This document shows positions 1-13,105 of a stretch of DNA of 64,000 nucleotides, in pieces (position 1 is the first letter of the stretch; each line of letters starts with the position of its first letter). The translations under genes and the position numbers were made by a program. The stretch is from Malacoraja senta (Eukaryota), in the NCBI GenBank assembly GCA_038087875.1, contig CM075990.1, positions 16,618,001 to 16,682,000 on the forward strand. Direction: 5' to 3'. The notes beneath the pieces are model-generated. The model worked only from the letters and a program-made list of their open reading frames with translations, had not been told where the DNA came from and did not search any database.

Positions 1-29
1 AATCTTCTTAATTGAAGAGCACCCATAGT

Positions 30-315
30 GTCTTCTCTGGAGCGTCAGAGGTTGAGGCGAGACCCGATAGAAGTATATAAAATTGTACGAGGCATAGATA
101 GAGTAGACATTCAGAACCTTGTATCCAGGCGGAAATGTTAAAGACTAGGGAGTGTTGCATTGATGTCAGAGGGGGAACATTTTTTACACAGAGGTTGGTG
201 GGAGCCTGGAACCAAAGATACCAGAGGAGCGCTCTGCTAGTATCTGCCTGGGACGTTCTGCCTGGGGTAATTGTGCAACAGATAGGATAGTGACATTTTA
301 AAGGCTTGTAGATAC
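30..315 (+). mobile_element. Degenerate CR1-type LINE ORF2 3' fragment; its 3' UTR resumes at ~824-950 after the Rex insertion
   Basis: Resembles the (F)SLE.RRLRGD.IEVYKI..G.DRVD C-terminus seen in other CR1 copies in this window. Confidence 0.65.
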
Positions 316-316
316 A

Positions 317-823
317 GGTGCACAGTAGAGAGCATGCTGACCGGTTGCATCGTGGCTTGGTTCGGCAACTTGAGTGCCCTGGAGAGGAAAAGACTACAAA
401 AAGTAGTAAACACTGCCCAGTCCATCATCGGCTCTGACCTCCCTTCCATCGAGGGGATCTACCACAGTCGCTGCCTCAAAAAGGCTGGCAGTATCATCAA
501 GGACCCACACCATCCTGGCCACACACTCATCTCCCCACTACCTTCAGGTGGAAGGTACAGGAGCCTGAAGACTGCAACGACCAGGTTCAGGAACAGCTAC
601 TTCCCCACAGCCATCAGGCTATTAAACCTGGCTCGGACATAACACTGAACTTTATTAGCCAATACTGTTATTTGCACTTTATCAGTATATTGACCATTGT
701 GTATATATTTATAGAATGCCTTGTAGTAAATGCCTACTATGTTCTGTTGTGCTCAAGCAAAGCAAGAATTTCATTGTCCTACCAGGGACACATGACAATA
801 AACTCACTTGACTTGACTTGACT
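317..823 (+). mobile_element. Rex1/Babar-type LINE 3' end (ORF C-terminus, 3' UTR, (ACTTG)n tail)
   Basis: ORF 334-642 LTGCIVAWFGN..ERKRLQKVV..HPGH.L...LPSG.RYRS...TTRFRNSYFPTAIRLLN; AATAAA followed by a pentamer tail. Confidence 0.85.
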
Positions 824-1803
824 TGATAGGTCCATGGATATGCCAAAAATGGAGGGATATGGATCACGTGCAGGCAGAGTGGATTGACTTGGCATCATGT
901 TCAGCCCAGACATCGTGGGTAAAAGGACTTGTTCATGTGCTGCACTGTTGTACGTTCAACTTTTACTTGGTTTCAACTTGTACAGAAGGTTGTGGTTTGT
1001 GCTTATTTGAGCTTGAGCCACATATCCAGGTGCGGCAATCTGTCTGAATGGAAAATGAGAGACAAGTCCTACCGTAAATGCGTTATGCATTTTAGTCATT
1101 GCATCACTGACGAATGCCCATCGTATGTTTACAGAGGACCGACTGACATTATATAACAAGTAACTTTAATGTCCTTAGCTGATTGAGTTGTTAGATTGCT
1201 TTGGTGGACATTACTAATGGCATTGCCTCCACTCAATGGCATTGAGTATTAATATCCTCCAAACATTACATTACATTTCGCTCAGATGTATGAACAAAAC
1301 GAGCAATATTAATATTTAATAGCAGTTAATATCTTTTAACTGATGTAAATAATTATAGTGACATTAATATAATATATTGGATCCATATATACCCATTGCT
1401 GCTTGAATTTAATAAAAGTAATATATCACAGATTTGCTCATCTGTGTGTCATCAATTAGACTTTAACTAATCATTTTCTTAGGATAATTAAACATTTCAG
1501 TCCATAAATGTTGATTATCCAATACGTGCCTAAATATTTTTAAAGCAACTTAATTATCTGACTGCAATATTAACTGAAGACACAAGGAATGAGGCAAAAT
1601 ACTAAATATTTACAGTAAACACACTTTTAATATGTTGTATGTAAAATGGTGGATGTGGTCAGCAGGATAGGTCACACCCATAGAGAGAAGTAGACTTAAT
1701 GTTTCTGGTCAGCACCTCTTCAGCAGAACCGAAGAATTTACTGATCTGGACTCTATATTCTTAAAAGGACACCGAGGTAGTGAGACAGACACAAATGCTG
1801 TAG

Positions 1804-1945
1804 TCTTCTTCTTCTTGCGTATGGCGTGCACAGGCTAAAGTTGTGGAACAACTTGTTCTATTTGACCTTATTTGCTTGTGCACACCAGGTTGATTGCATT
1901 CGTTGAAACAGGGCGGACCACGTGAAGGTTACAATCTCCCACCCC
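1804..1945 (-). mobile_element. ~142-bp SINE-like element with 5' HDV-like ribozyme and (GAA)n tail, copy 1
   Basis: 10-bp TSD aatgctgtag (1794-1803, 1946-1955); second copy at 36492-36632. Confidence 0.85.
1892..1945 (-). ncRNA. Putative minimal HDV/CPEB3-like self-cleaving ribozyme
   Basis: GGGGUGG-GA-GAUUGUA-ACC-UUCACGU-GGU-CCGCCCU-GU-UUCAA-CGAA-UGCAAUC: P1 with G1.U wobble, P2, P3, L3 and J4/2 CGAA. Confidence 0.75.
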
Positions 1946-3109
1946 AATGCTGTAGCAACTCAGCGGGACAGGCAGCATCTCTGGAGAGAAGGAATGGGTG
2001 ACGTTTCGGGTCGAGACCCTTCTTCAGTCTGAAGATGGGTCTCGACCCAGAAACGCACCCATTCCTTCATCCCGAGATGCTGCTTGTCCCGCTGAGTTAC
2101 TCCAGCATTTTGTGTCTATCTTCGGTGTAAACCAGCATCTGCAGTTCCTATCTTCGAGAAAATGCAGATATTGGAATTGTGTGCAAAATACAAAGTGCTG
2201 GAGGGTCAGGCAGCATCTGTGGAGGGAATGGACATTTCAGGACAGGATCCTTCAGTAGACTCAAAAATTAATCAGCATTAACGTGCTGCCTGACCTGCTG
2301 AGTGGTTCTGGCATTTTGTCTCAAAATTCCAGCAGATGCGGAGTTTTGCTGCAGTCAGCATGATGGCTTGGGTAATGGTTTTGGTTTGTGAGTCTTTACA
2401 CTGCCCAGCAAATAGCGAGACATTCCTCAGATCTCATCTCAGTTTCCCTTCTGCCAATTTGTCCAGGTTGGGAATCATCTCCTTTTGAAGCAGTCCTCCA
2501 CAATTTTGATCCTGGGTTCAGAGTTACAGGAGTGATGGTATTGTCTGTCTATGTTCTGGTCCTGAATACAATTACCCACAGTTTTCCCCAACCTTTCTCC
2601 CTTGATAGTGCAAAATTCAACCCGTGACAATTTGATTGCACTGTCTCCATCCACTCTGTCCACTGAAAGACCATGAACCAGTCAATAAAGAAAAGCTTGA
2701 TGTTTGACATTAGTGCAACTAAAATGTTTGTTAATATAAACAATGGTTTATATATTGTCACATGTACCTAGGTGAAATGAGATTCTGTTTTTACATAGAG
2801 ATCAGTGAGATTATTGGCATACATAAGTACAATTATCGATATGGTCAGTTTTACAGATTTTCAGTTGTTGTGCGTATTTCAATTTTTTATTTTTTATTGT
2901 TGAAGGAATGCAACATTAGTGACTCGTTGGGCATTTACCCCATAAGGATTGTATCGTGTGACCAGTGGCTCCATGTACATATTGCAAAAATGTTTAGTGA
3001 GAAGTTTCCAGAAAGGGTACCCCTCTATAGAAAATTTGTTTGCGTTTGAGGCAGCAGAAGTCTGCAGCAGGGTGATGCCATCCGGTTTGATATCCGTTGG
3101 TGCCAGCAC

Positions 3110-3297
3110 TTCTCTGGAGAGAAGGAATGGGTGATGTTTTGGGTCGAGACCCATCTTCGGACTGTCTGAAGAAGGGTGTCGACCCGAAATGTCACCCATT
3201 CCTTCTCTCCAGAGATGCTGCCTGTCACGCTGAGTTATTCCAGCTTTTTGTGTCTATCTTTGGTTTAAACCACCATCTGCAGTTCCATCCCACACAT
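3110..3297. mobile_element. Fold-back Penelope-like terminal repeat pair
   Basis: Inverted arms around a ctgaagaaggg..gacccgaaa core. Confidence 0.65.
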
Positions 3298-3424
3298 ATC
3301 ACCACGTAAATTCTTCCACATAGCTTAATTTTTCAACAATCCTCTCCAATCTAAGGGAGTGAAAGGGATATACTGCCCTGAACATTGAAATAAGGCAGGA
3401 GTGAATTAAATTGAATTAGTGGAA

Positions 3425-3765
3425 CAGGGGCATAGAGAGGGCAGACTGATAGGGTGGACCTTTTTCCCAGGATGAAAATATCAAATACTAGAGGGTGCAG
3501 CTTTCCGATTAGAGGGGCAAATTTAACGGAGATGCTCGGGACAAGTTTTTTTTGTACAGAGGGTGTTAGACCTGGAACATGATGGTGGAGGCAGATACGG
3601 TAGTGGCGTTTAGAAAACTTTTGCAAAGGCGTATTGGATATGTTGGAGGATATCGATTATGTGCAGGCAGGTAAGAGTTGGTCATGGCATCATGTTCACT
3701 ACAAACATGTGGACCAAAGAGCCTGTTCATGTCCCGCACTGTTCTATGGTCTATGTTCTTGGATT
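3425..3765 (+). mobile_element. Old degenerate CR1 LINE 3' end
   Basis: Similar to other CR1 3' ends in the window; ttctatg-type tail. Confidence 0.6.
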
Positions 3766-5586
3766 TGATTCTGAAAGTCAAGAGCTCTATATATGCAAAT
3801 AACTTTCAGGGTTCAATGATTCAATGATAATTTATTGTATCATGTTAATCCATGATACAGGGTAGGTTGTGTAACCTAGCCTTCAAAACATATGCATCTT
3901 GTCGAAGGTTCCCAGCAGAAACGTCGCCTCTCTATGTTCCCCAGACCTGCTGGCTGACCCACTGAGTTATTTGTGTCTCACTATGTCATAATATAAAGAT
4001 TGCATATTTTATGCACTTTTGTTTTCCGAAGCCATTCGATTCCTGGAGGCTGGAGGCAGGAATCAAACTTAACTTCCAAAGCTTGTACAAATATAGAGAA
4101 GCGTTTGAATCGAATTGAACAACCTGCACATCAAATTTAGATGATTGGATTTGATTTGTGAGTTAACCTTTCTTGTTCTTCAATCAAGTGAGTGGTTGAA
4201 CTTCAAAGTGTGATGAGAGATGAGAACAACGTCACACAAAGTGCCACAGGCACTGAATGCAAAACCTGAGAGGCCTCTAAAAGACAGGCGCCCCGTGCTG
4301 GAGTGACTCACTCACCCAGACCTGCAATGGACCTCACCTCTACCTTATTCTCCGCTCGATCCACACCTTGAATCAACACAACGGGAGTTCTCTGAGTTGT
4401 CTTTACTTGTCTGTAATTGCAATGCTTCAAGCCGCAGCCTTGGTTTAATGATAGGTTGCTCTTGTCTGAGTTACAAGTCTGTGTGTTCAAGTCTCACCTC
4501 ACAGACATAATCTAGGCTGGCGTTCTCATGAAACTCTGACGAAGGGCTGCACCATCTGAATTGCCATCTTTCACATGTTCCAACCTGAAATGTCACCCAT
4601 CCTTTTCCGCCAGAGTTGCTGCCTGACCCGCTGAGTTACTCCAGCATTTTGTGTCTATCTGTATGAGAACAATTATCCTTGCATCTGAAGAAGGGTCTCG
4701 ACCGGAAACGTCCCCCTTTTTATCCAGAGATGCTGCCTGACCCGCTGAGTTAGTCCAGCACTTTCTGTCTCTCATCATGTTTGACTGAGTGAGTGTCTTT
4801 GCTGCAGTTGATGGGAGTGGGTGAATTGGGTTTGATGAAGGTTGGTGAGTGCCAGAGATGGTGGCGAAGACAGGTATCATAGTGTCATCTAAGAGGGATT
4901 TCGATGGGCACATGGATAAGCATGGAATGGAGGCAAATGGATCATGTGCAAATACATGAGATTAATTTATCTTGCTATCATGTTCGTCACAGACATTGTG
5001 GGCAGAAGGGCCTGTTCCTGAGCTGTACTGTTCTAGGGCCTAAAGTACGGATAATTTGGCAATAGCTCAGTCCAAAACTGGGGTCAAGGAAAGAGCGTTC
5101 ATGTCGCGGCCCAGTTTCCACCAATCCTTCCACCACCAAGCACAAGAAACGCAAGACAGACACCATTGTATGCAGATGCCGAGAAGTGTGATCAGCTCTT
5201 GCTGAACAACTTCTAATCTTCTGTGTGGACTTGATAAGAAGAAGTCCTAAACTGTTGAAGAAATGAGAAGTTTCCTTATCTGTGGCTTTTTAAATTAAAG
5301 TTCTGAACCTTTAGAGACTCCAGTTACTCTGGGATCAGTGTTTGAAAGAATTGCTTCTGGTCAGAATGTATTTGAGATCGTATTCTCCATATTGTTCATT
5401 GTGGACTCTGATCCAGGAGATAGGATAAGAACATCTATCTCCCTGATGTTAAAGGCATAGTGTTGATGTCTGTCGGCAGTTTAGTTATAAAGTCTGTTGG
5501 AGAAGTATGATGTCAGGAGAGGAACTGTGTGTGAATATCCATCCATGAATCTCAGGGTGAGGCATGTAAGCCAGTGTAGCTCAGAG

Positions 5587-8142
5587 ATAGAAACATAGAA
5601 ATTAGGTGCAGGAGTAGGCCATTCGGCCCTTCGAGCCTGCACCGCCATTCAATATGATCATGGCTGATCATCCAACTCAGTATCCCGTACCTGCCTTCTC
5701 TCCATACCTCCTGATACCTTTAGCCACAAGGGCCACATCTAACTCCCTCTTAAATATAGCCAATGAACTGGCCTCAACTACCTTCTGTGGCAGAGAATTC
5801 CAGAAATTCACCACTCTCTGTGTGAAAAATGTTTTTCTTATCTCGGTCCTAAAAGACTTCCCCCTTATCCTTAAGCTGTGACCCCTTGTCCTGGACTTCC
5901 CCAACATCGGGAGCAATCTTCCTGCATCTAGCCTGTCCAACCCCTTAAGAATTTTGTAAGTTTCTATAAGAACCCCTCTCAATCCTAAATTCTAGAGAGT
6001 ATAAACCAAGTCTATCCAGTCTTTCTTCATAAGACAGTCCTGACATCCCAGGAATCAGTCTGGTGAACCTTCTCTGCACTCCCTCTATGGCAATAATGTC
6101 CTTCCTCAGATTTGGAGACCAAAACTGTACGCAATACTCCAGGTGTGGTCTCACCAAGACCCTGTACAACTGCAGTAGAACCTCCCTGCTCCTATACTCA
6201 AATCCTTTTGCTATGAAAGCTAACATACCATTCGCTTTCTTCACTGCCTGCTGCACCTGCATGCCTACTTTCAATGACTGGTGTACCATGACACCCAGGT
6301 CTCGCTGCATCTCCCCTTTTCCTAGTCGGCCACCATTTAGATAATAGTCTGCTTTCCTGTTTTTGCCACCAAAATGGATAACCTCACATTTATCCACATT
6401 ATACTGCATCTGCCAAACATTTGCCCACTCACCCAGCCTATCCAAATCACCTTGCAGTCTCCTAGCATCCTCCTCACAGCTAACACTGCCCCCCAGCTTC
6501 GTGTCATCCGCAAACTTGGAGATATTGCCTTCAATTCCCTCATCCAGATCATTAATATATATTGTAAATAGCTGGGGTCCCAGCACTGAGCCTTGCGGTA
6601 CCCCACTAGTCACTGCCTGCCATTGTGAAAAGGACCCGTTTATTCCTACTCTTTGCTTCCTGTTTGCCAGCCAGTTCTCTATCCACATCAATACTGAACC
6701 CCAAATGCCATGTGCTTTAAGTTTGTATACTAATCTCTTATGTGGGACCTTGTCGAAAGCCTTCTGGAAGTCCAGTTACACCACATCCACTGGTTCTCCC
6801 CTATCCACGCTACTAGTTACATCCTCGAAAAATTCTATCAGATTCGTCAGACATGATTTACCTTTCGTAAATCCATGCTGACTTTGTCCAATGATTTCAT
6901 CACTTTCCAAATGTGCTGCTATCCCATCTTTAATAACTGACTCTAGCAGTTTCCCCACTACCGATGTTAGACTAACTGGTCTGTAATTCCCCGTTTTCTC
7001 TCTCCCTCCCTTCTTGAAAAGTGGGGTTACGTTTGCTACCCGCCAATCCTCAGGAACTACTCCAGAATCTAAAGAGTTTTGAAAGATTATTACTAATGCA
7101 TCCACTATTTCTGGAGCTACTTCCTTAAGTACTCTGGGATGCAGCCTATCTGGCCCTGGGGATTTATCGGCCTTTAATCCATTCAATGTACCCAACACCA
7201 CTTCCCCACTAACCTGGATTTCACTCAATTCCTCCAACTCCTTTGACCCGCGGTCCCCTGCTATTTCCGGCAGATTATTTATGTCTTCCTTAGTGAAGAC
7301 GGAACCAAAGTAGTTATTCAATTGGTCCGCCATATCCTTGTTGCCCATGATCAACTCACCTGTTTCTGACTGCAAGGGACCTACATTTGTTTTAACTAAT
7401 CTCTTTCTTTTCACATATCTATAAAAACTTTTGCAGTCAGTTTTTATGTTCTCTGCCAGTTTTCTTTCATAATCTATTTTTCCTTTCCTAATTAAGCCGT
7501 TTGTCCTCCTATGCTGGTCTCTGAATTTCTCCCAGTCCTCCGGTATGCTGCTTTTTCTGGCTAATTTGTGTGCATCATCCTTCGCTTTGATACCATCCCT
7601 GATTTCCCTTGTTATCCACGGATGCACTACCTTCCCTGATTTATTCTTTTGCCAAACTGGGATGAACAATTTTTGTAGTTCATCCATGCAGTCTTTAAAT
7701 GTCTTCCATTGCATATCCACCGTCAATCCTTTTAGAATTAATTGCCAGTCAATCTTGGCCAATTCACGTCTCATACCCTCAAAGTTACCTTTCTTTACGT
7801 TCAGAACCATTGTTTCTGAATTAACAATGTCACTCTCCATCCTAATGAAGAACTCAATCATATTATGGTCACTCTTGCCCAAGGGGGCACGTACAACAAG
7901 ACTGCTAACTAACCCTTCCTCATTACTCAATACCCAGTCTAAAATAGCCTGCTCTCTCGTTGGTTCCTCTACATGTTGATTTAGATAACTATCCCGCATA
8001 CATTCCAAGAAATCCTCTTCCTCAGCACCCCTGCCAATTTGATTCACCCAATCTATATGTAGATTGAAGTCACCCATTATAACTGTTTTGCCTTTGTCGC
8101 ACGCATTTCTAATTTCCTGTTTGATGCCATCCCCAACTTCAC
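5587..8142 (-). mobile_element. 5'-truncated HER1-type CR1 LINE: partial APE endonuclease plus RT, broken by a stop/frameshifts
   Basis: ORFs 6776-8161 (GDFN, LDWVL, SDH, KSPGPD, NYRPVSLTS, QHGF), 5945-6691 (GVPQGSVLGP, FADD) and 5677-5982; (TTTCTATG)-type tail. Confidence 0.95.
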
Positions 8143-8693
8143 TAGTTGGATATGGTATCAAACAGATGGGAGCATGGATGTGTAGGAAGGAACTGCAGAT
8201 ACTGGTTTAAACTAAAGTTAGACATAAAATGCTGGAGTAACTCGGGATAGGCAGCTTCTCTCGATAGAAAGATTGGGTGACATTTCGGGACGAGACCCTT
8301 CTTCAGACGCAAGGATAACTGTTCTCATACAGACAGAAAATAGACAATAGGTGCAGGAGAAGGCCCTTCAAGCCATTCAATGTGATCATGGCTGATCATC
8401 CACAATCAGCACCCTGTTCCTGCCTTCTCCCCATATGCTGGCTGCCTTTTTGAGGCAGCGAGTCCTGTCAATCCCTTCAATGGTGGGGAGGTCGGTACCC
8501 CTGATGGACCGGGCAGTGTCCACCACGCTTTGCAAGTAGTTGCTTCCGCATTTTCTTATCCTTTTGGTTTGCTTGCAGCCGTTGATTAATATTGATGTCC
8601 AGGGTATACCAAGCCATTCCTGGAGTCCTGGCTGCCTTTTGGAGTTCCCGCTGCAAGAAGTCTGATACCTGAACTACACTGGCTGTGGGCAGT

Positions 8694-8726
8694 TGCAGTG
8701 CGAGGGGGAGACCAGCAGGTGGAGCC
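8694..8726 (+). promoter_or_regulatory. Candidate CTCF site with upstream TGCAG module
   Basis: gaCCAGCAGGTGGAGc core in non-repeat DNA; TGCAG ends 13 nt before the CC. Confidence 0.4.
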
Positions 8727-8829
8727 TCTGCTTCTGATGTTAGTTGAAGTCTCTCCCAGGCAGAGGAGATTAGCAGAGCAGAGGCGCAGTCATTATGGGT
8801 CAGAGGACCTGTATCTGTGCTGTACAGTG

Positions 8830-9160
8830 CCAGAGAGTCATGCAATCATACAGCAAGAAAACACGCATTTTGGCTCAACTTGTCCAAGCCATCCAAGATG
8901 CCCCATCATCCCACATGCCAGAGTTTGCCCCATATCTCTCTCAACCTTTCCTACCTGTTCAAGTGTCTTTCAACTGTTGTTCTAGTACCTGCCTCAACTA
9001 CCTCCTCTGGCAGCTTGTTCCATACACCCACCACCCTCTGCGTGAAAAAAAATGCCCCTCGGGTTGCTATCAAATCGTTCTCTCTAACCTTAAACCTATG
9101 CCCTCTGGTTCTGGTTTCCCTTACCAGGAGAAAAAGACTGTGCATTCACCCTATCTACAT
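8830..9160 (-). mobile_element. CR1 3' fragment
   Basis: TRTRGHRFKV..FFTQRVVGVWNKLPEEVVEA. Confidence 0.8.
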
Positions 9161-9196
9161 CTCAAAGCCGAAGTCAATTGTATTTGTCACATGCGA

Positions 9197-9705
9197 TTGT
9201 GATTGAGGCAGTGCAGTGTAGGTTTACGAGATTGATCCCGGGGATGGCGGGACTGTCATATGAGGAAAGATTGAAAAGACTAGACTTGTATTCACTGGAG
9301 TTTAGAAGGATGAGGGGGGATCTTATAGAAACATATAAAATTATAAAAGGACTGGACAAGCTAAATGCAAGAAAAATGTTCCCAATGTTGGGTGAGTCCA
9401 GAACCAGGGGCCACAGTCTTAGAATAAAGGGGAGGCCATTTAAGACTGAGGGGAGAAAAAGCTTTTTCACCCCGAGAGTTGTGAATTTGTGGAATTTCCT
9501 GTCACAGAGGGCAGTGGAGGCCAAATCACTGGATGGATTTAAGAGAGAGTTAGATAGAGCTCTAGGAGCTAGTGGAATCAAGGGATATGGGGAGAAGGCA
9601 GGCAAGGGATATTGATTGGAGACGATCAGCCATGATCGCAATGAATGGCGGTGCTGGCTTGAAGGGCCGAATGGCCTCCTCCTGCACCTATTTTCTATGT
9701 TTCTG
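9197..9705 (+). mobile_element. CR1/HER1-type LINE 3' end
   Basis: ORF 9178-9615 IEAVQ.RFTRLIPGM..YSLEFRRMRGDLIETYKI; 3' UTR and tttctatg tail. Confidence 0.9.
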
Positions 9706-10091
9706 TGCACATCACATGCAGTGAAATCCCTTTGTGATTTTAACCACCTCTATAAGACTCTGTATTTGACTAATTGCCTCTTGAAGCCCATTGTGGACCT
9801 CACCTTTACCACATCTGCAGGCAGTGTGTTCCATATTCTAACCACAGGACTAACGTAATGTCACTTTGCTGTGGGATTTTTCTACTTTCTAAATGGCTGC
9901 TGCATTTATCTTTAAAAGTCAGGAAATTTGATGTAAGGCACTATATCGTAGAGTCATTGAGGCCATTTAGTTCATTATAAAGAAATCTCATTATTCCTTT
10001 TTTCCAATACTTAGTCCTGGAGTTCTGAAAATTATCTTCTCCCAATTATCTATCCAATTTGGATTTGTTCCCACTATTGTTTAATTAACTG

Positions 10092-10405
10092 CGGCGCAGT
10101 GGCGCAGCTGGTAGAGCGGTTCCTCACCGCGCCAGAGTACCAGGTTCGATCCTGACCTCGGGTGCTGTCTGTGTGGAGTTTGCCTGTGAATTCTCCCTGT
10201 GGCCGCAAGGGTTTCCTCCAGGTGCTACGGTTTCCTCCCATATCCCAAAGGCGAGTGGGTTTGCAGGTTAATTGGTCCTCTGCAACTTGCTCCTAGTGTG
10301 TAAGGAGCGGATGAGGAACAAAGAACCAGCATGAAAGGGTGATCGATGGTCAGCATCAAGGATTCAGTGGGATGAAGGGCCTGTTTCCATGCTGTATAAC
10401 TAAAC
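10092..10405 (+). mobile_element. HE1/V-SINE-type tRNA-derived SINE
   Basis: A box tggcgcagctgg, B box ggttcgatcc, V-domain-like core, CR1-like tail. Confidence 0.8.
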
Positions 10406-12566
10406 TGCCTCTGTATACCATCTTGAAGATCTCCTCCCATCCGTAGGTTTTCCATCTATTTTGTCTCGTTCACTCTCGTGCTTTGTTCTCTTCACCTCCT
10501 CTCTCTGTAACTGAAACACTCTTGTCTTCTCACTGTTCCTTACAGTTGTGATGAAGAGCCGTTGACCTAAAATGTTGCCTCTCCAATGATGCTGCTCGAC
10601 CTGCTGAGTGCTTAGAGCATTCTGTTTGATATCTTTTGAATGCTTTGATTATCCATTTCCAATGGCCTAATGAGCAATACATTCCTGACCATCTCAGCTC
10701 TCTGTCTATAAAGAGTTGGGGGATTATGCTAAAGCAAATTCTTTTGTTTTTACCTAAGACTAAAATGGATTTTAAAGTAATCCATGAACTTCCGGGCACC
10801 ACTTGGGCAGGGGTAGTGGGAGCACCACAGATCTCACACACTCGACCACCACACACGATGCTCCAGTTTGTTTAGTGAATCACGGTACAAAACCATTGAC
10901 GTGTAGCTGAGCTTGTCCAAGTGGGCAGACAGCGGAGGGCTGAAGTTGACCTTACTTCCTTGAAAATTCACTTCAAGATTCAAGAGAGTTTATTGTCATG
11001 TGTCCCAGATAGGACAATGAAATTCTTGCTTTGCTTCAGCACAACAGAACATAGAAGGCATAAATAAATACAGAACAGATCAGTGTGACCATTGTATAAA
11101 TATATACGCACATGAATAAATAAACTGATAAAGTGCAAATAAACTGATAATGGGCTTTTAATGTTCAGAGTTTTGAACATGACTTTATGACCATTGGGTG
11201 CTTGAACCACAATCCACAACTCTAACCTCAGCAACTCTAAACACCAATGCATCGTGTCTCTGTTGATCAACACACTTTGTTTTTGGACTCGTGTGATTAT
11301 CAAGTTTTATGGTTACTAATTGATTGCATGTTTGGTTGTTATATGTGAGCTGAGTGTATTGCGTTTGCGGGTTTGTTAAACTGCTGCAAGTAGGAATTGT
11401 TCCGTTATTGGTCACTCATGACAGTTGAAGACTCTTGACTCTGTTGGCACTTGAACCCAGCTCGATGGCTCCCGGCCAGTCCTGACAAATATCACACCCG
11501 TCAAGGAGTTGTGTAAACTGTCAGTGACCCATCCAATATGACCCCTCTGAACATCAAGCTCTCCTTGTCCCATTTGACCAATGGTTTCATGGAACCGTTG
11601 TGGAGAATATACCAGGCATTGCTGCAGTGGCCCTCCATTCCTAAGGAATGTTATCTGGGAATTGGACCGTCTGCCAGCCATCCACACGTACGGATGGTGG
11701 ACCTCTGAAGATGTCCGCACTCTGATATCTCCCACACTGGGCTCGTCTGAAGAATGGTCTCGACCAGAAACGTCACCCATTCCTTCTCACCAGAGATGCT
11801 GCCTGTCCAGCTGAGTTACTCCAGCATTTTGTGTCTAACTTCGTTTTTTAGCCAGCATCTGCAGTTCCTTCCTGCACATAAGGTGCACAGCAGACGGGTT
11901 TGTTTTCAACATTGACCTTGTGAATGCTGTTGACTCTCAAGTAAACAGCAAAATTGTCAGAAAAAGGGAACAGTGGTATTTATAATAGTGGTAGGTTGGT
12001 TATTTTTGAAATAATTCCAATATATTGCTTGCATCAGCTGTCTGCGATGTGTTTAGTTTGGAGATCTAGCGTGTTCTCATTGCATTTTTGGACGGAGTCT
12101 GTTCCTCAGCTCCAAACATCGCAGTTATCTCTTGCGACTAAGAATCCATATCTGATGCTGCTGGTGTAACAAGCAAGAGAGAATGGTGTTGTTCAATTTT
12201 CAAAAACAATCTGGGATTTATTTTCACTGATTTTCCATTGTAAGGGAGGGGAAGACTTGATTACAGCAAGAAAACCATGCACATCAGCAGCAAAGTGGAT
12301 CTATACAACAAAATCCATAAAGTTATAACAGAAATAGGAGCTGGGTGGTACTGCAGTCATTACTTCCAGCCGAAACCAGTGTCGTTTTAATGAGACCTTC
12401 CTCCAGCAACTTGTCTTCAGTTTTTGTTCTTTGCACCAATAAACACAAGATGTCAGCTTTTCAAAAGATCTGTAATCAATATCCTTCCACTGCACCATAT
12501 AGAAAAGCTGACTGCATCAAATTCCAATCACTGTGGAGTCAGTCATCCCAACTGCGCATTGATCCC

Positions 12567-13105
12567 TGTGTGCTTTTGCGCAGAGCGTGCGTGTGTGTTC
12601 ATGTGTGTGTATGTGCATGTGTGTGTATGCCCGTGTGTGTATGTGTATGTGTGTGCGTATGTGTGTGTGGTGTGTTTGTATATATGTGTGTGTGTGTGCG
12701 AGAGCGTATGTGTGTGCGTGTGCATGTGTGTGTGTGTGTGCATGTGTGTGTGTGTGCATGTGTGTGTGTGCATGTGTGTGTGTGCATGTGTGTGTGTGCA
12801 TGTGTGTGTGTGCGTGAGCGTGTGTGCATGTGTGTGTGTGTGTATGTGTGCGTGTGCATGTGTGTGTGTATATGTGTGCATGTGTGTGTGTGTATGTTTG
12901 TGCACGTGTGTGCATGCGTGTATGTGTGGTGTGTTTGTATATATGTGTGTGTGTGTGTATGTTTGTGTGCATGTGTGTGTGGTGTGTTTGTATATATGTG
13001 TGTGTGTGTGTGCGCGGGCGTGTGTGCATGTGTGTGTGTGCGCGTGTGTGTGTTTGTGTGGTGTTTGTGTATGTGTGTGCGTGCGAATGTGTGTGTGGTG
13101 TGTGT
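12567..13105. repeat. Degenerate (TG)n microsatellite
   Basis: Seen directly. Confidence 0.95.

Larger units (their letters stand above)
1783..2155. mobile_element. Fold-back pair of Penelope-like terminal repeats, interrupted by the HDV-like SINE
   Basis: Inverted arms centred on cttcagtctgaag (~2022-2034); intact minus-strand hammerhead core at 2000-2027. Confidence 0.75.

Noticed and set aside
5677..8161. Active autonomous LINE or host RT gene
   Set aside because: 5'-truncated inside the endonuclease and split over three ORFs
8560..8670. Possible exon after a pyrimidine-rich acceptor (ttgcag)
   Set aside because: No recognisable protein, stop codons nearby and no convincing donor
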